Source: Heptranchias perlo (Eukaryota). Taken from it: a stretch of 64,000 bases of DNA. Made by a program: the position numbers and the translations under genes. The notes under the pieces are model-generated. The model was not told the origin of the DNA, searched no databases, and saw nothing but the letters and a program-made list of their open reading frames with translations. Location of the stretch: contig NC_090356.1 in assembly GCF_035084215.1 (NCBI RefSeq), positions 18,786,001-18,850,000 on the forward strand. Reading direction: 5' to 3'. Below, in pieces: positions 36,421 through 48,954 of this stretch (positions are counted from its first letter, which is position 1; each line of letters starts with the position of its first letter).

Positions 36421-37059
36421 TTTGGCGGAGTTAATTTGTTTATTGAAATTGTTCCTACGCAATATTGTATGTAAATAAGTAAACATTAATGAGAATATTG
36501 AATTATGGAATGAGTGGAATTATATATGGTCGAAGAGGGGGGATTAACAGGTGTTTTGGTCACTGGAATACTAATTAACAGGAAAATTTACCAATTTTAA
36601 TAAAGACTTATGCAGAAGAAGCAAAGGAAATTACTGAGGGCTCGGGCTCTGGCTCAGTTGATCAGCTTGCAGTGGTACTAATCCTACCAGCCATAGTCTG
36701 AACTGCGTTAATTGATCTCCGCTTAGTTCATTTTCCCCCTCCTTGATCAGGGCTTTGGAGGTTCTAGCGCCAGATCGCTGTGTATTTGGACTAATTCACC
36801 TTCTTCCCCCCCCCCCCCCCCCCGCTTAAACAGTTTGCGCGCTTATACGCATTTTATTTAATTTAAAACCCAACAAGGCCCAATGTAACTAGAAATTTGA
36901 TAACGATATGTGGACAGTCAACAAGTTTGCCTTTCTGCTGAAAATAAAGTAAGGCAATTTATACTTAACCTCTCAATTTTTTGAAAAAATAGTTTATTTT
37001 CTAAAATCAAACAATGAGCAAAATCCCAATTTGTTATACACGTTCCCAATCCTCACACT

Positions 37060-37293
37060 TCCCGTAAAGCCGCGGGAGCCTGCGTCAGCGGCGCCTCCTC
37101 CAATATCCCGTGATGCCGCGGGAGCCTTTGTCGGCTGCGCCTCCTCCAATATCCCGTGATGCCGCGGGAGCCTTTGTCGGCTGCGCCTCCTCCAATATCC
37201 CGTGATGCCGCGGGAGCCTGAATCGGCGGCGCCTCCTCCAATATCCCGTGATGCCCCGCGAGTGTTGGGTGCGTCGGCGTTGGCTCCTCCAGT
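37060..37293 (+). repeat. 46-bp tandem repeat (4 copies plus 1 degenerate) forming the NECAP2 proximal promoter / CpG island
   Basis: Unit tcccgtgatgccgcgggagcctttgtcggctgcgcctcctccaata starts at 37060, 37106, 37152, 37198 and 37244. Confidence 0.92.
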
Positions 37294-37318
37294 AGTCGGT
37301 GGTGCGGTGGGGAGCAAG

Positions 37319-37410
37319 ATGGCGGAAGGCGGTTATGAGTCAGTGCTCTGTGTGAAACCAGAGGTTCATGTTTACAGGATCCCGCCAAGAGCAACGAACC
37401 GGGGTTACAG
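37319..37410 (+). CDS. NECAP2: NECAP2 exon 1
   Basis: [33 protein letters not shown]|gtacgg donor, 92 nt. [10 protein letters not shown] is the NECAP2-type rather than NECAP1-type sequence. Confidence 0.95.
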
Positions 37411-37559
37411 GTACGGGGCGCGGGGCCTTCGGGAGTGACAACTCAAATTAATAATAAACCACGGTGTGAGTGGTAGTGGAGGTTCCCGTTTCTAATGAAG
37501 GGAGCGCGCGTGAGAGTTTGACTGAGAATGAAGGAAGATGGGAAAATTATTGGGGGGGG

Positions 37560-37705
37560 TGGGTCTGAGATGGAAAAATGACTGTGAGGGGGAGTGAGAT
37601 GGGAAAATGGGAATGAGCGGGGAAAATGAGGGGGAGTGAGATGGGAAAATGACTGCGAGGGGGAGTGAGATGGGAAAAGAAAACCCTCCAAGAGATGGGA
37701 GAAAG
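37560..37705. repeat. Purine-rich degenerate tandem repeat in NECAP2 intron 1
   Basis: gagggggagtgagatgggaaaa occurs three times, with partial copies. Confidence 0.75.
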
Positions 37706-40700
37706 TTGTAGATGAGATAGACGTGGGGGTGATCCTCAAGTGAGGCAGAGAGAGCAGATGTGCAATCCCAAGAGGGGAGCGACTGCCCTGGAATGAGGAT
37801 CAATATAATTTTTTCACAGTTAGTTTGAACTTAACAGTTTTAATTATTATATATTGGAGGATTAGTAAACAATATTGTTAATTCCACAGCTGGTAAATAG
37901 TGACTCCTTTTTTGAGTCACAGTACCATAAACAATGGAAAATAAGATACAACTGTTAACAGTATTTACATCCTCTTGTTGGTTTGGCCATTGCTGAAGCA
38001 ACCTCACTAATAGATTCTGACCAATTGTTGGAAGTAATCTAATTGTTGATCTCTAAGTCCAGCATATGCAAATTCAGAATTTTGTCCAGGCAAAGAATAA
38101 GGATCCAGGGAATAACCCAAAATGCAACCTGGCAAAAATTGTCCGTACCATATGGTGTCCAGTCCCAGGTCATTTGGGTGAGTCTGTAGTATTTGGAATG
38201 ACCCGGGGGATTGTGGGGAGATGGCTAGCTGCTCCTACTTAAAACCTTGGGAATGCTCTCATCACTTATTCAAGGTCCAAATGTGTACCTTTAATAAAAG
38301 TGGTTTTGCTGCAGAAATTTGAACTGTTTGTGTTAAACTTATTGTAGCATCAGTGAGATTGAACAGTTAATTTAATGCTGAGATGGTGGAATTGTGTATA
38401 GAGCAAATAACAATGGGTTGACAGCAGTGGGAGCTGGCAGACGGGAGCTTGTGTTGGTGAGGTCTTGCATTTATGGTCAGCCTGCTCGTGACAACTGAGT
38501 GCTTGCATTTTCCCTATTGCATCCAAAAATGCTGGCCTATTTTACCTGTGCTAACAACGAATTTGATGGAAATTATTACATCTCAATGTTTTATATTATA
38601 ACCATTCAACAGCAAAAATAAATGAATGGATGTACACAAGGACAGTCAAGAGTTACATCTGTTATGTTTCTGGCAAGAAACTGCCTCCGGTTACTGGCAG
38701 TAATCATCGACTGTTTAACTCCTACATCTTCCTGTAAAATCGCTGACTTCTTGTAAAAACCTTATTGCTAAAATCTATTGTCCGTTAAAAGAAAAACCTT
38801 ACCGGGGCAATGGAAAGAGGTTGTACTAGTTCAGGTAGAGGGAGGTGGGACTGGTAGGTTTAGGGGCGGCATAGAAGGCAGGGTTAGAGGGACAGTGGAG
38901 GGAGGTGGCCTTTGCTAGAATTGTGGGCCAGTACAGAGCTGTGAACCTACTGGGTTGGAGGTGTGTTTGTATCCTAAAGAGGGATAATACCGTCATTTTT
39001 GTTTTTTAAAAACAAAATGTTAGTGAAGCCCAGAAGCTAATCTTGATCTTGTTATTGAGTATAGTGCTTGGAGGAAATGTTTCACATTGTCAGACAGGAT
39101 GCTGTTACTACAGAATCTGGATTTTGAACTTAGTGCAAGGTCCCACTGGCTGTGTGTTCAAAGAAATCCTTCAACACAACATGCTTAGCTAACTGTTCAA
39201 TAATCACTCAAAATATAGGACATATGGGTGTGTGACAGGAAGCAGCTCAGCATAAGTGCAAAAGCTGAGGTTTGGATTCAGACTGCATGCATTAAGGTGG
39301 AGAAAACTTGCTGAGAAAGAAATCCCACTTTGTTGCAAATGAAGTCTTTGACCTTGTAGTATTGCAGGTGAGCTGCTTCTAAGGAATCTGATCCTCCAGG
39401 CCTCGGGAGATAAAGTTTCCAATAAAATGAGGATTCTGTCAGTGCAATTGCTTCATAGTAGCGCACCAAACCTACCGGCTTCCATGCAGCATACTCTGTT
39501 TTTCACTGTAGGCCAGCCACGGATTAATTTGACAGCATGGGTTCCATAAAACATAGCTGTCTGGAATTGATTAAAATTCAGGAAGTCAGTACGAGAGTCT
39601 TGGACTTTGGAAATCCCAGTGAGATTCTAGGAGTTTTATTTTTAAACTTTCAAACTCACTATTTTTAAGCTTTGTGTAACTGAAAATATTTACTGCATTA
39701 CACACTATATTTAATTGCATGTGTGTGAAATGCTTAGTGAGAATCATCTGCATGGGCAAAGTTGTCACCATCCGTCCACATTGAAGTTATAACAAAATAG
39801 AATTCTTACCGTGCTGAAACTGAATGTCAATCGCTGCCTCCTGTTGATTGAGAATATATTGGGGGAGTGGTGTGATGGGGTGTAGTAGGACCTGGACATT
39901 ACAAACTGTAAGTTCCTGCTGTCTAACATGCTATTGTGGTGAGGCTCCAAGCACCTCTTGCACCCTTCCCCCTCCCTGCTGCTTCCCCTTCCCCGTTGCT
40001 GACTTTATAATGCCGTTCAGTTGGGCGCAGGCCACTGACTTGCCCAGCTGGGGAGCATTGCTTGGTGGCAAAAATATAATAAAAACTGTAAAAGGTGATT
40101 GGTTTATATATACACAGATAAATAGTTACTTGGGAACATCTAATAAATTTGATGGGCAGTATCCCCCTAATATACAAATCGAGAGTGACAGTAATCAGCA
40201 AAATCCAGACGGTTCGCCGCACCAACTGATTAACATTATGCTGCTGATCCCTCTGTGTGAAACCACAGAGCGTGTGTTTCCAGGAACATACTGAGATAGT
40301 CAGTTGCAGTGCCACTGTTGTTACTGCTGAACGTGTACTGTTAGTATTTTCCTCTGTTTCAACTTAGTATTTATCATTCAAACTGCAAGGTATGTGATAC
40401 ACTAAATAGCTACTTCTATCCCAGCTTCATGTAGCTGTTCCTTTGCTGATTTATTTGTGTCACTATGTTGTGGTATGTCTTAGCTCCTATATTGTGGTAG
40501 GGTTTTTTCTTTCCATCCAATTTAATCCCCTCCTGTCCAGAAATTGCTGACTGTTCCATGGGCCCCAGCAGCCTGAGCTAGGTACCTGTTCCTCGTGTGA
40601 GTGTGGGCAGGCATTTTGACTGTTATGGGGGTACTATCTATACCATCCTCCTTCAATGCCTCGCCTCTGTTGCCTAGTTCAGTGGAACTACCCTCACTTG

Positions 40701-40759
40701 GTTCCACTTTTCCCTATCAAATTGTAGCCGGAGCATCTTCAACCATTGCTTGTCTTCTT

Positions 40760-41740
40760 TCTCCTGCATTGTTACCCCTGAGTCCTTCAAGGATCTATCC
40801 TTGGCCCCCTCCTCTTTCTTATTTACATGCTGCCCTTGGCGACATCATCTGAAGACATGGGGTCAGCTTCTATGTGTACGCTGAAGACATCTAGCTCTAC
40901 CCCTCCACCACCTCCCTCAATCTCTCTGCTGCCAGACTGCTTGTCTGACATCCAGCCTTGAATGAACTGCAGTTTCCTCCAATTAAACATTGGGATGGCC
41001 AAAACCATTGTTTTGGCTGCTGCCACAAACTTTGAATCCTTGCCACCGATTCCAAACCTTTCCCTGACCACTGTCTCAAGTTGAACCAGGCTGGTCGCAA
41101 CCTTGACACGTTGAGCTTAGCTTCTGACCCCATGTCCTCTCCATCACAAAAACCACCTACTTCTGTTTTCATAATAATGCTGGTCTTCTTCCCTGCCTCA
41201 GTGTCTCAGTCCATCTGCAACTCTCATCACCTCGTCACCCCCAGACTTGATTATTTCAATGCTCTGCTGCCCAGCTTCCCATCCTCCACTCCCTGTCGAC
41301 TTCAGCTCGTTTAAAACTCTGCTGCATGTATCCATCCTGCACCAGGGGCTGATCACCCATCACTCCTGTCTTTGCTGACTATTGGTACCTCCCCTTCTCT
41401 GTAACCTCCTACAGCCCTCCCCCCACCTCCAAATTCTCCAGTTCTCTGATTCTGGCCTTTTGTGCATTCACCCCTCTATTTGCCCCACCATTGGCGGCCG
41501 TGCCTTCAGCTGCTTAGGCTGCATGCTCTGGAAATCTTTCCCTTAGACCCCTCTGCCTCTCCACCTCTTTCTCTTCCTTTAAGACCCTCCTTTAAAACTT
41601 ACCTCTTTGACCAAGCTTTTGTTCACCCCTCAAAATCTCCATATTTGGTTCAGCATTCATTTTTGTCTAATTATGCCTCTATGAAGCGCTTTGGGATGAT
41701 TTTCTCCTTTAAAGGCGCTACATAAATGCAAGTTGTTGTG
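40760..41740 (+). mobile_element. L2 LINE, 5'-truncated and decayed
   Basis: cttcaaggatctatccttggcccc (PQGSILGP-like), YAEDI*LY and PRLDYFNALL, then the tail gaagcgctttggg...cataaatgcaagttgttg. Confidence 0.85.
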
Positions 41741-42529
41741 CCTACCTAATGTCCATACATGTACACTTTCAAGCAGGGGTCACTGGATAACAATCAGGAG
41801 TAGGAACCTTGGCTAATTGTTCCTCTCTCTCCACTCTAGCCCAGAGATGTTGGGGCTAATTGTAATACCCCCCTGCCACAGCTGAGATGCTAATCCTAGC
41901 CAGTAGGGCTCAGTATCACACTTGCAGTGTCTATTTACTGCACAATCTAGAGTTCATGCTATTAGACACTTAGTTTTCCAAAGGATGTTAGATTCAGCAA
42001 ATAAATTTGCAAAGCCAACATGATTTTGGAATACCAAATACAGGGTGAGGTTATTTGCTGACTGGTTTGCCAAGAAAGACAAAACCAATCTGAATCCTGC
42101 TGGAGGTCCTGCCAACTGTGTTTCACATGATCAGAGATCTGTGATGTGGAGGAAGAGTGGGAACAAATGCAGGAAGGAAACACTGAGAAGAAGCAAAGCT
42201 TACAAAGCAAATTTTTAAAAATGCTCTAGAACATAGCAAAATAATCTATAAAAGAACTAAATGAAAATAGAAAATGAAAAAAATTGTTACCTATAAATAA
42301 CCAACACCAATAATTATATGTAATACAGACAGGAAGATATGTGAATCAAGAGAAGTATACTCCTTCGTCTGTTCCAGGACACAGGGCAGTGTTACAGGAA
42401 CAGGTCTAGACCATTCAGCCCCCTTAAGTCTGTTCTGCTATTCAATTAGATCATGGTTGATATGTCAGGAGGAAATATAGTATTTCTTCTTTTGACATTC
42501 CTTGACAATTGCTACTGGTTTAACTGATT

Positions 42530-42800
42530 TGTTCGCTGTCCAGTGTAGAAGTGAGCTACACAGACCAGGAAGGTTCCAGGTTCTAACATAGTCTGTACTG
42601 AGTTAGCTGATAATAGCCACCATGGAAGTTAGGTGTGCTACAATTGGCTTCAATATCCCTGGGATGGGGAGGAGGATATCAGCCAGAATTCCTGCTCCTG
42701 ATTACTATCCGTTCACTCCTGCTAGAAAATGTCTTTCTGTGAACATCGGGATCAGGCTTAACTGTGATGCTTCACTACAGTCAAATAGTCTGAGAAGACT
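42530..42800 (+). mobile_element. Family-X SINE
   Basis: cagaccaggaaggttccaggttc...gagttagctgat...ctacaattggcttca...cctgctcctgat. Confidence 0.7.
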
Positions 42801-42939
42801 TAACATGCAAGGACCAAAGTCAGCATCGACATGGGCTGTGGGCAGTGTGTCTGCACATGTGCAGGGTATCCCTTACATTAGTCATATGTGAGACAGACAC
42901 AGCAGGTCTATAATTGTCACCAAGTACTAAAAGAAAGAA

Positions 42940-43372
42940 AGCACCTTTCACATCCTCAAGACACCTCAAAGTGCTTTACAGCCAATAAGTACTTTTGAAG
43001 TGTATTCACTGTTGTAACGTAGGAAACTCGACAGCCAATTTGCGCACAGTAAGGTCCCACAAACAGCAATGTGATAATGACCAGCTATTCTGTTTTAGTG
43101 ATGTTGGTTGAGTGATAAATGTTGGCACGAACACCAGGGGCACCTCCACCGCTCTCCTTTGAAATAGTGCCATAGGATCTTTTACATCCACCTGAGAGGA
43201 CAGACAGGGCCTCAGTTTAACGTCTTATCCAAAAGACGGCATCTCCAGCAGTGCAACACTCGCTCAGTACTGCACTGGAGTGTCAGCCTAGATTTTGTGC
43301 TCCAGTCTCTGGAGTGGGATTTGATCCCATAATCTTCTGACTCAGGTGAGAGGGCTACCACTGAGCCACAGC
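42940..43372 (-). mobile_element. Deu-domain SINE (SacSINE1-like), full length
   Basis: Collinear with 6575-6995 and 61393-61808; A-box (tggctcagtggtag) on the minus strand. Confidence 0.88.
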
Positions 43373-43959
43373 TGAAACCCGAATTAAGAGGTTAGAATGT
43401 AATCCATTTTCTTGCTAAATAGCTTCTTGCATTTCTTCTTTTGATTAAAAAATTCCATTTCACCCTGAGCTGTTTGTGCTGGACTGGGAGAAATGCTGGT
43501 TTCTGACCTGTAATTGTGAGATCTATGGCCAGTTTGAAATGTGGAGTTTCTGTGTCACAAATCCTTTAATGGCAGAAAAAGGAACAGAAACTGTAAACCA
43601 TTACCAAGGATGTGCTTGTGTCACATGTCATTATATCCCGTTTGTCTCCGGAGGTGAATGTATCTTGGCTTTTAATTTTTTTTTGTACTTAACAATTTTG
43701 TGTGCAGAACATCAAATGAACATAGATATTATTACTATAGAACAATCAAATTGTTTAATAGTGCAAGCTCCTGAAAATTCAACGACCAGGCATACTGTCA
43801 AACCATCTTGTGTCTCCATCTTTATCTTCAGTAACTGAAGCATACAAACCCATGGGTTCCAAGAAAACAACCAGGACCATGTTATTTATAGAGAGGCAAC
43901 AGTAGCTGAGGAGGAGGAGGAGGAGGGAATTTTTCAATCTCAACAAACACGCGCCACAC

Positions 43960-44300
43960 AGACCCAAAGGTCCCAGGTTCAGTCCCTGGTCTGAGTTTAG
44001 TTATCTGATCTCAGCTGAGGCAGCAATTTGACAACCCTAGGTTAAGGAGGGGAAAAAATCAGCAAGGATTCCTGATCACTATCCAATGATTGCTGCTGGA
44101 AAATGCATGTGTGGGGACATTGGAGAAGGGCAGGACCACACTTGGCTGTTATGACCTCCATTGGCAGGAATAACCTGCCAATGCCCACTGTCTGGAGTTC
44201 TACAAGAATAATGTCACTTGGGTGAGATATTGGAGGGCTGCCAGGCCCGTGGAACCATGCCCAGCAATGAGTCAGCGTCTCCAGAAAGGGAGAGGGGGGG
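43960..44300 (+). mobile_element. Family-X SINE
   Basis: ggtcccaggttcagtccctggtctg...gatctcagctgaggcagca...cccgtggaaccatgcccagcaatgagtcagc. Confidence 0.72.
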
Positions 44301-44959
44301 CGGCGAGACTTCTAACCGTCAGCACAAGACCAACCGTCTCCCTCGATGAGTTTTGAATCGACTGTAGAAATCCCAAATGCTGTTGGGGATTCTCTGTAAT
44401 AATAAAGTGGGGACTGTGCAGTTTTAGCTTCCCGCGAGGAGTCACCAGTGTTCTTTATAATGGTGGAGTGCGTGTTGGGGTGCGGAAGTGTTGCATCAGG
44501 AAGTGTTGCATCAGGAAGTGTCTGTGATTCCATGCATAGAGTTATATTTTGGCAACTAATATTAGTTAAAAGCTATGTGATGGAAGAATGTTTCTTGTGT
44601 GCTTTTTTAAATTATTAACTGAAGAATAATTCCACCAGCCTAGGTTCACCCTGACCAGTGGTGAAGGTACTGGCCTCATATGATGGCTTGTTACTCAAAT
44701 ATGCTTGCCATGTGGGGAGAGGGGATAATGGGAAATTTCAAACGTCGAAAGGCAAATCTACGAGTGTGGTTGTGTCCCTAAGTGTGAGGCATTGACAAAT
44801 GTGTCCACCAGAGTATGGAATGGTGTTGGTGATATTTGCCGCTCAACATGTGAAAATTGATGCTGGAGTACGGAATAGCACTGATGGTGTTGTGTGTGGG
44901 CTGAAGTTGTTTTGTTTTTAAGGAGCATTGTTATAAGGCTGTCCCCTTTTCCTGCTCAG

Positions 44960-45060
44960 AGCTGCAGATTGGAAGTTGGACCAACCTGACTGGACTGGGA
45001 GACTCCGGATAACAGCGAAAGGAAATGTTGCTTACATTAAATTGGAAGACAAGAATTCAG
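44960..45060 (+). CDS. NECAP2: NECAP2 exon 2 (PHear domain)
   Basis: ctcag|A acceptor and CAG|gtattc donor, 101 nt. Translates [33 protein letters not shown]. Confidence 0.95.
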
Positions 45061-45627
45061 GTATTCACCGCAACTCAAAAATTCAAATTGCCTGTGAGAT
45101 GATCAGTGTTTAGTTATAGTTTTAAACCCTCTACAGAAGAAATACCCTCCCGCTGCCAAAAAAAAACATATACACTGTTCAGGCAGATGTCCTGTTCATG
45201 TTACACCCAGGAAGGTAAACTCAATAAAGGTGAATGCACGACCCTATACTAAATTTTTTGAATAAGCAGCAGGGACAGCTAATTGTCACCATAATTCCTA
45301 CTGTAATACTCGTCCCATAATATCACCAAATGAAATGGCAACATCCACGCTGCTGACATAAAAATAATTTTTATGATGCAATAATATTTAAAAGTACCAA
45401 GACTAACAATAATGTATGTGAAAAGTACTTGCTTCCTAATGGGTGTGTTTTTGATAATGTCAGATTCTGGAGATTGAGCTGTGCATTTAGCAGGTATGCC
45501 CTGTAGTGAATTCTTGAGGCCACATTAACCGCTGTAGAAAATTGACCTGTGGGTGACCAAAGTTGTTGCTGATATGCTGGTTGAATTGACCTTTAACCTT
45601 GTTTTGTTGGCTTGTTCTTGTCCTCAG

Positions 45628-45732
45628 GAGAGTTGTTTGCACAGGCGCCAGTGGATCAGTTTCCCGGGATTGCGGTGGAGAGTGTTGTTGACTCCAGCAG
45701 ATACTTTGTAATTCGCATTGAAGATGGAAATG
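45628..45732 (+). CDS. NECAP2: NECAP2 exon 3
   Basis: ctcag|GA acceptor and TG|gtaatt donor, 105 nt. Translates [35 protein letters not shown]. Confidence 0.96.
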
Positions 45733-46054
45733 GTAATTCTACCTGGGGATTTTATTCAGATCTGGTGTCTGAAACTCCTAGCTCTTTAGCATTAATATAG
45801 TGTGATACTTGGACTTTTGCAAGATCTTGGCTGCAGGGTCATTCCACATATTGATTTTTTTTTTCTTCAAACTAACTTGTGAATGTTTTCAGTGAATTAT
45901 GTCGTTTCAGCTGCCAGAGGTGATTAATGACAACTTCAGCAGCATATCAATTAACTTAGACTAAAATCTTCCGTTAGAAGGCTGTCTATAATGTGATCTG
46001 TGGTTGCAAGTGGAAAATCCCACAATAAGGGAGAAAAAGAGAGCATAAAACAAT

Positions 46055-46440
46055 GAATTTGTATTTATATTGTGCCTTATTGAATGTCTCAGAGCATCGC
46101 TAAGTGCTTCACATAAAATGAATTACTTTTTTTTTCTCGTAGTGCACTGCTATTTTGTATGTGAAGACAGCAACAATTTTACACATAGCAAGATCCCTCA
46201 AACAGTAAGATGAATGATCAGTTAATCTGTTTTGGCTGCTGTTGGTTGGCGAGGACAGCAAGAGAACTCCCTGCACTTCGAACAGTGCCTTAAGTTGCTT
46301 AATGTTCACCTGAAGAGGCAGAAAGAAACTCAGTTTAATGTATCGTCTGAAGGATGGTGCCAATAGCTGTACTGTGGGGTGTATCAGCCTAGATTATGCG
46401 CTCAAATCTTGGAGTAGGCTACGAACCTACAACCTTCAGA
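46055..46440 (-). mobile_element. Deu-domain SINE, degraded
   Basis: gtatttatattgtgcc...agcaagatccc...cagtttaatgtatcgtctgaaggatggtgcc...tcagcctagatt. Confidence 0.7.
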
Positions 46441-47064
46441 AAAGAGGACGACTGAGAGGAGAGAAAAATAATATATTAATAGCCCTTTTAAGCTACATTG
46501 AAGGATGAAGCATGGGTTGTAATTTTAAAGCATTACAGGCAGAGCAGAGCTTTCATTGTTCCTTCACATCATTGAGTAATTGGGAAAAACCAAGATCATT
46601 GCACACATTTCCCTCCTCCCCCCACTCCCAACTTTGCATGTTCTTGCATATATCAGTGAATAGCGAACAGGCTTATATACACTGGCTGATTTTTTTTTCC
46701 CTTCTCCTTCCTTCCAGCTTAGGGGCACTGAGGCCAATTGTGTCTCTATAACCACTCCACTCCCCGTCCCCCCTACCTAACAGATCAACCAACTCAGTAC
46801 GGAAGAGGGGTCAAACCTGTAGTCTGTATGCCTTAGAGTATTACAGCAGATGGTGGCTTTACCCACAAGGCCGTAAGGGAACGCAGTGAGTAAAGATAGG
46901 TTAGGGCAATTTAAATTTGTGAAACTTGCAGCCCTCATACATTGAAGCACATTGTGAAATATGGAGATGAAATACTGAGCTGTTGTAATCTACACAGCCT
47001 TGCCTGTGGATGTTCTTTAATCTGTATTGTGCAATTGATGACCTCCAGGTTTACATCAGCACTG

Positions 47065-47445
47065 ATTCGAGTTTAGACGGTTGAGGGGTGATCTAATTAA
47101 GGCACTTAAAATGATTAAGGGATTCGGTAGGGTCGATGCAAAGAAACTATTTCCTCTGGTGGGAGAATCCAGAATAAGAGGGTATAATAAAATTAGAGCT
47201 AGGCCATTAAGGAGTGAAATCAGGAAGTACTTTTTCACACACAGGGTAGTGGAAATCTGGAACTCGCTCCCCCAAAAGGCTGGGTCAATTGAAATTTTCA
47301 AGACAGAGATAGATACATTTTTGTTAGGGTATCAAGGGATGTGAAACAAAGGTGGGAAAATGGAGTTGAAGTACAGATCAGCCATGATCTAATTGAATGG
47401 CAGAATAGGCATAAGGGGCTGAATGGCCCAACCCTGTTTCTGTGT
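47065..47445 (+). mobile_element. CR1 LINE 3' fragment
   Basis: RGDLIKALKMIKGF...FFTHRVVEIWNSLP plus the CR1 3' UTR. Confidence 0.88.
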
Positions 47446-47598
47446 TTCTGTCATGTGAGTTAGTTAGTTAGTTAGTTATGGGTGTTACTTTATGGTTATC
47501 GCATTGATAAGTCCAATCTGTACTGGCTGGAAAGGGGATGTGTAAAATCTGAAATTGAATATGCTGCATCGTTTGACAAAACCTGTTTCGTTCTTCAG

Positions 47599-47680
47599 GG
47601 CGACGTGCGTTCATCGGCATTGGATTTGTAGACCGGGGAGATGCTTTTGATTTTAATGTTGGTCTCCAGGACCACTTCAA
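47599..47680 (+). CDS. NECAP2: NECAP2 exon 4
   Basis: ttcag|GG acceptor and AA|gtaagt donor, 82 nt. Translates [28 protein letters not shown]. Confidence 0.96.
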
Positions 47681-48075
47681 GTAAGTTGTTTGGCATCACA
47701 GTGCGGACAATCTCAAACGTTGAGATCAGGAAATTGCAAGACCTGTCTAAAGTCTATAGAGCAAATTATAGTGGCGTTAATCTGTTCTTCCTTGCTAAGG
47801 AGAGCTCATATTTCCATCTTTCAGCCTCTAGTGGCAGTAACTACTACAATATTATAACTCCAGATTGGAGTCTTGCAATGTACCTGTAGACCTGACATTT
47901 GTACACCCTGGAATGGATCAGTATGACTTATCACTGATGAAGACAATGCAACAAAATAAATGCCCTGATTCCTTTTTGCATATTTTCATTTTAAGGTCTA
48001 ATTTTCATTGTAAGTTGTGGTTTTCAAAGCTTCAGCTATTTCCAAGCAACAGGCTGCATTTTCTTTGTTTTGTAG

Positions 48076-48184
48076 ATGGGTTAAGCAACAAAGTGAACTC
48101 GCCAAACAAGCTCAGAACCCAGACTCTGGACCCAAGTTGGACTTGGGATTTAAAGAGGGACAGACCATCAAGCTAAGTATTGGG
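48076..48184 (+). CDS. NECAP2: NECAP2 exon 5
   Basis: tgtag|A acceptor and GGG|gtgagc donor, 109 nt. Translates [36 protein letters not shown]. Confidence 0.96.
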
Positions 48185-48379
48185 GTGAGCACAGCAGGAG
48201 TTAATTTTAAAATAATCCTGAATCTATTAAAATAAGACAGGATAGTGTGACCAGAGGTTAAAAATATAAACTACAAAAAATAAATTTAAATCAGATACGA
48301 GAAGGAACTTCTTCATACAAAGTATGACAAATGTATGGGATAATAGGCCCGCCAGGTTTTAGTGGTATTCAGAGCAAAT

Positions 48380-48605
48380 TTGAGTACTGGGCTTCGGTGG
48401 GAGAGTTTGAGTAAGGGAGAGTGAGAGTTCAGGTACTGGAGAAATGGGCTGTAATGGGAGAGTCTGAGTACTGGGAGAGATGCACTTCAGTGGAACAGTC
48501 TGAGTATGGGCTGGGGGTTAGGGGCTTCAATGGGGGAGTTTGAATATGGAAAGAGGGAGAATTTGAGTGTGGAGGGATGGGCTTCGGTGGGAAAATTCAA
48601 GTACT
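48380..48605. repeat. Degenerate G-rich minisatellite
   Basis: Recurrent gggcttc(g/a)gtggga...tgagta words. Confidence 0.55.
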
Positions 48606-48954
48606 TGACTTTTCTCGTGTGCTGCAGGGTGTAGTTTCATGATGAATGGCTGAATCTGTAACTGACCAGTGTCAACAGCGAAAACTTGTAGCTCTGTAAC
48701 ACAAGAGTAAGAATTCCCATGTACACAGAAATGAAGTTGCAGCGATATGAAAAGGAAGGGTGTTGTATAAATAGAATGCTGACCATCTTTCTGTGGTAAA
48801 CGGGTTTTTATTCTGCTGGTATGGTTCCCGGTAACCCAAGACTGCCATAATATAAATGTGCTATAATATGGCCTTTTTTCACTTGGCCGGCTGGGGGGTG
48901 GGGGGGGGGGGGTGCGCAGATATGTGCTTCATAAAATCTTCTGATAAATAAGGA

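Noticed and set aside
36994-37394. Repetitive minus-strand ORFs and a superficially CRISPR-like repeat
   Set aside because: They come from a head-to-tail 46-bp minisatellite without unique spacers. The context is eukaryotic and there are no cas genes.
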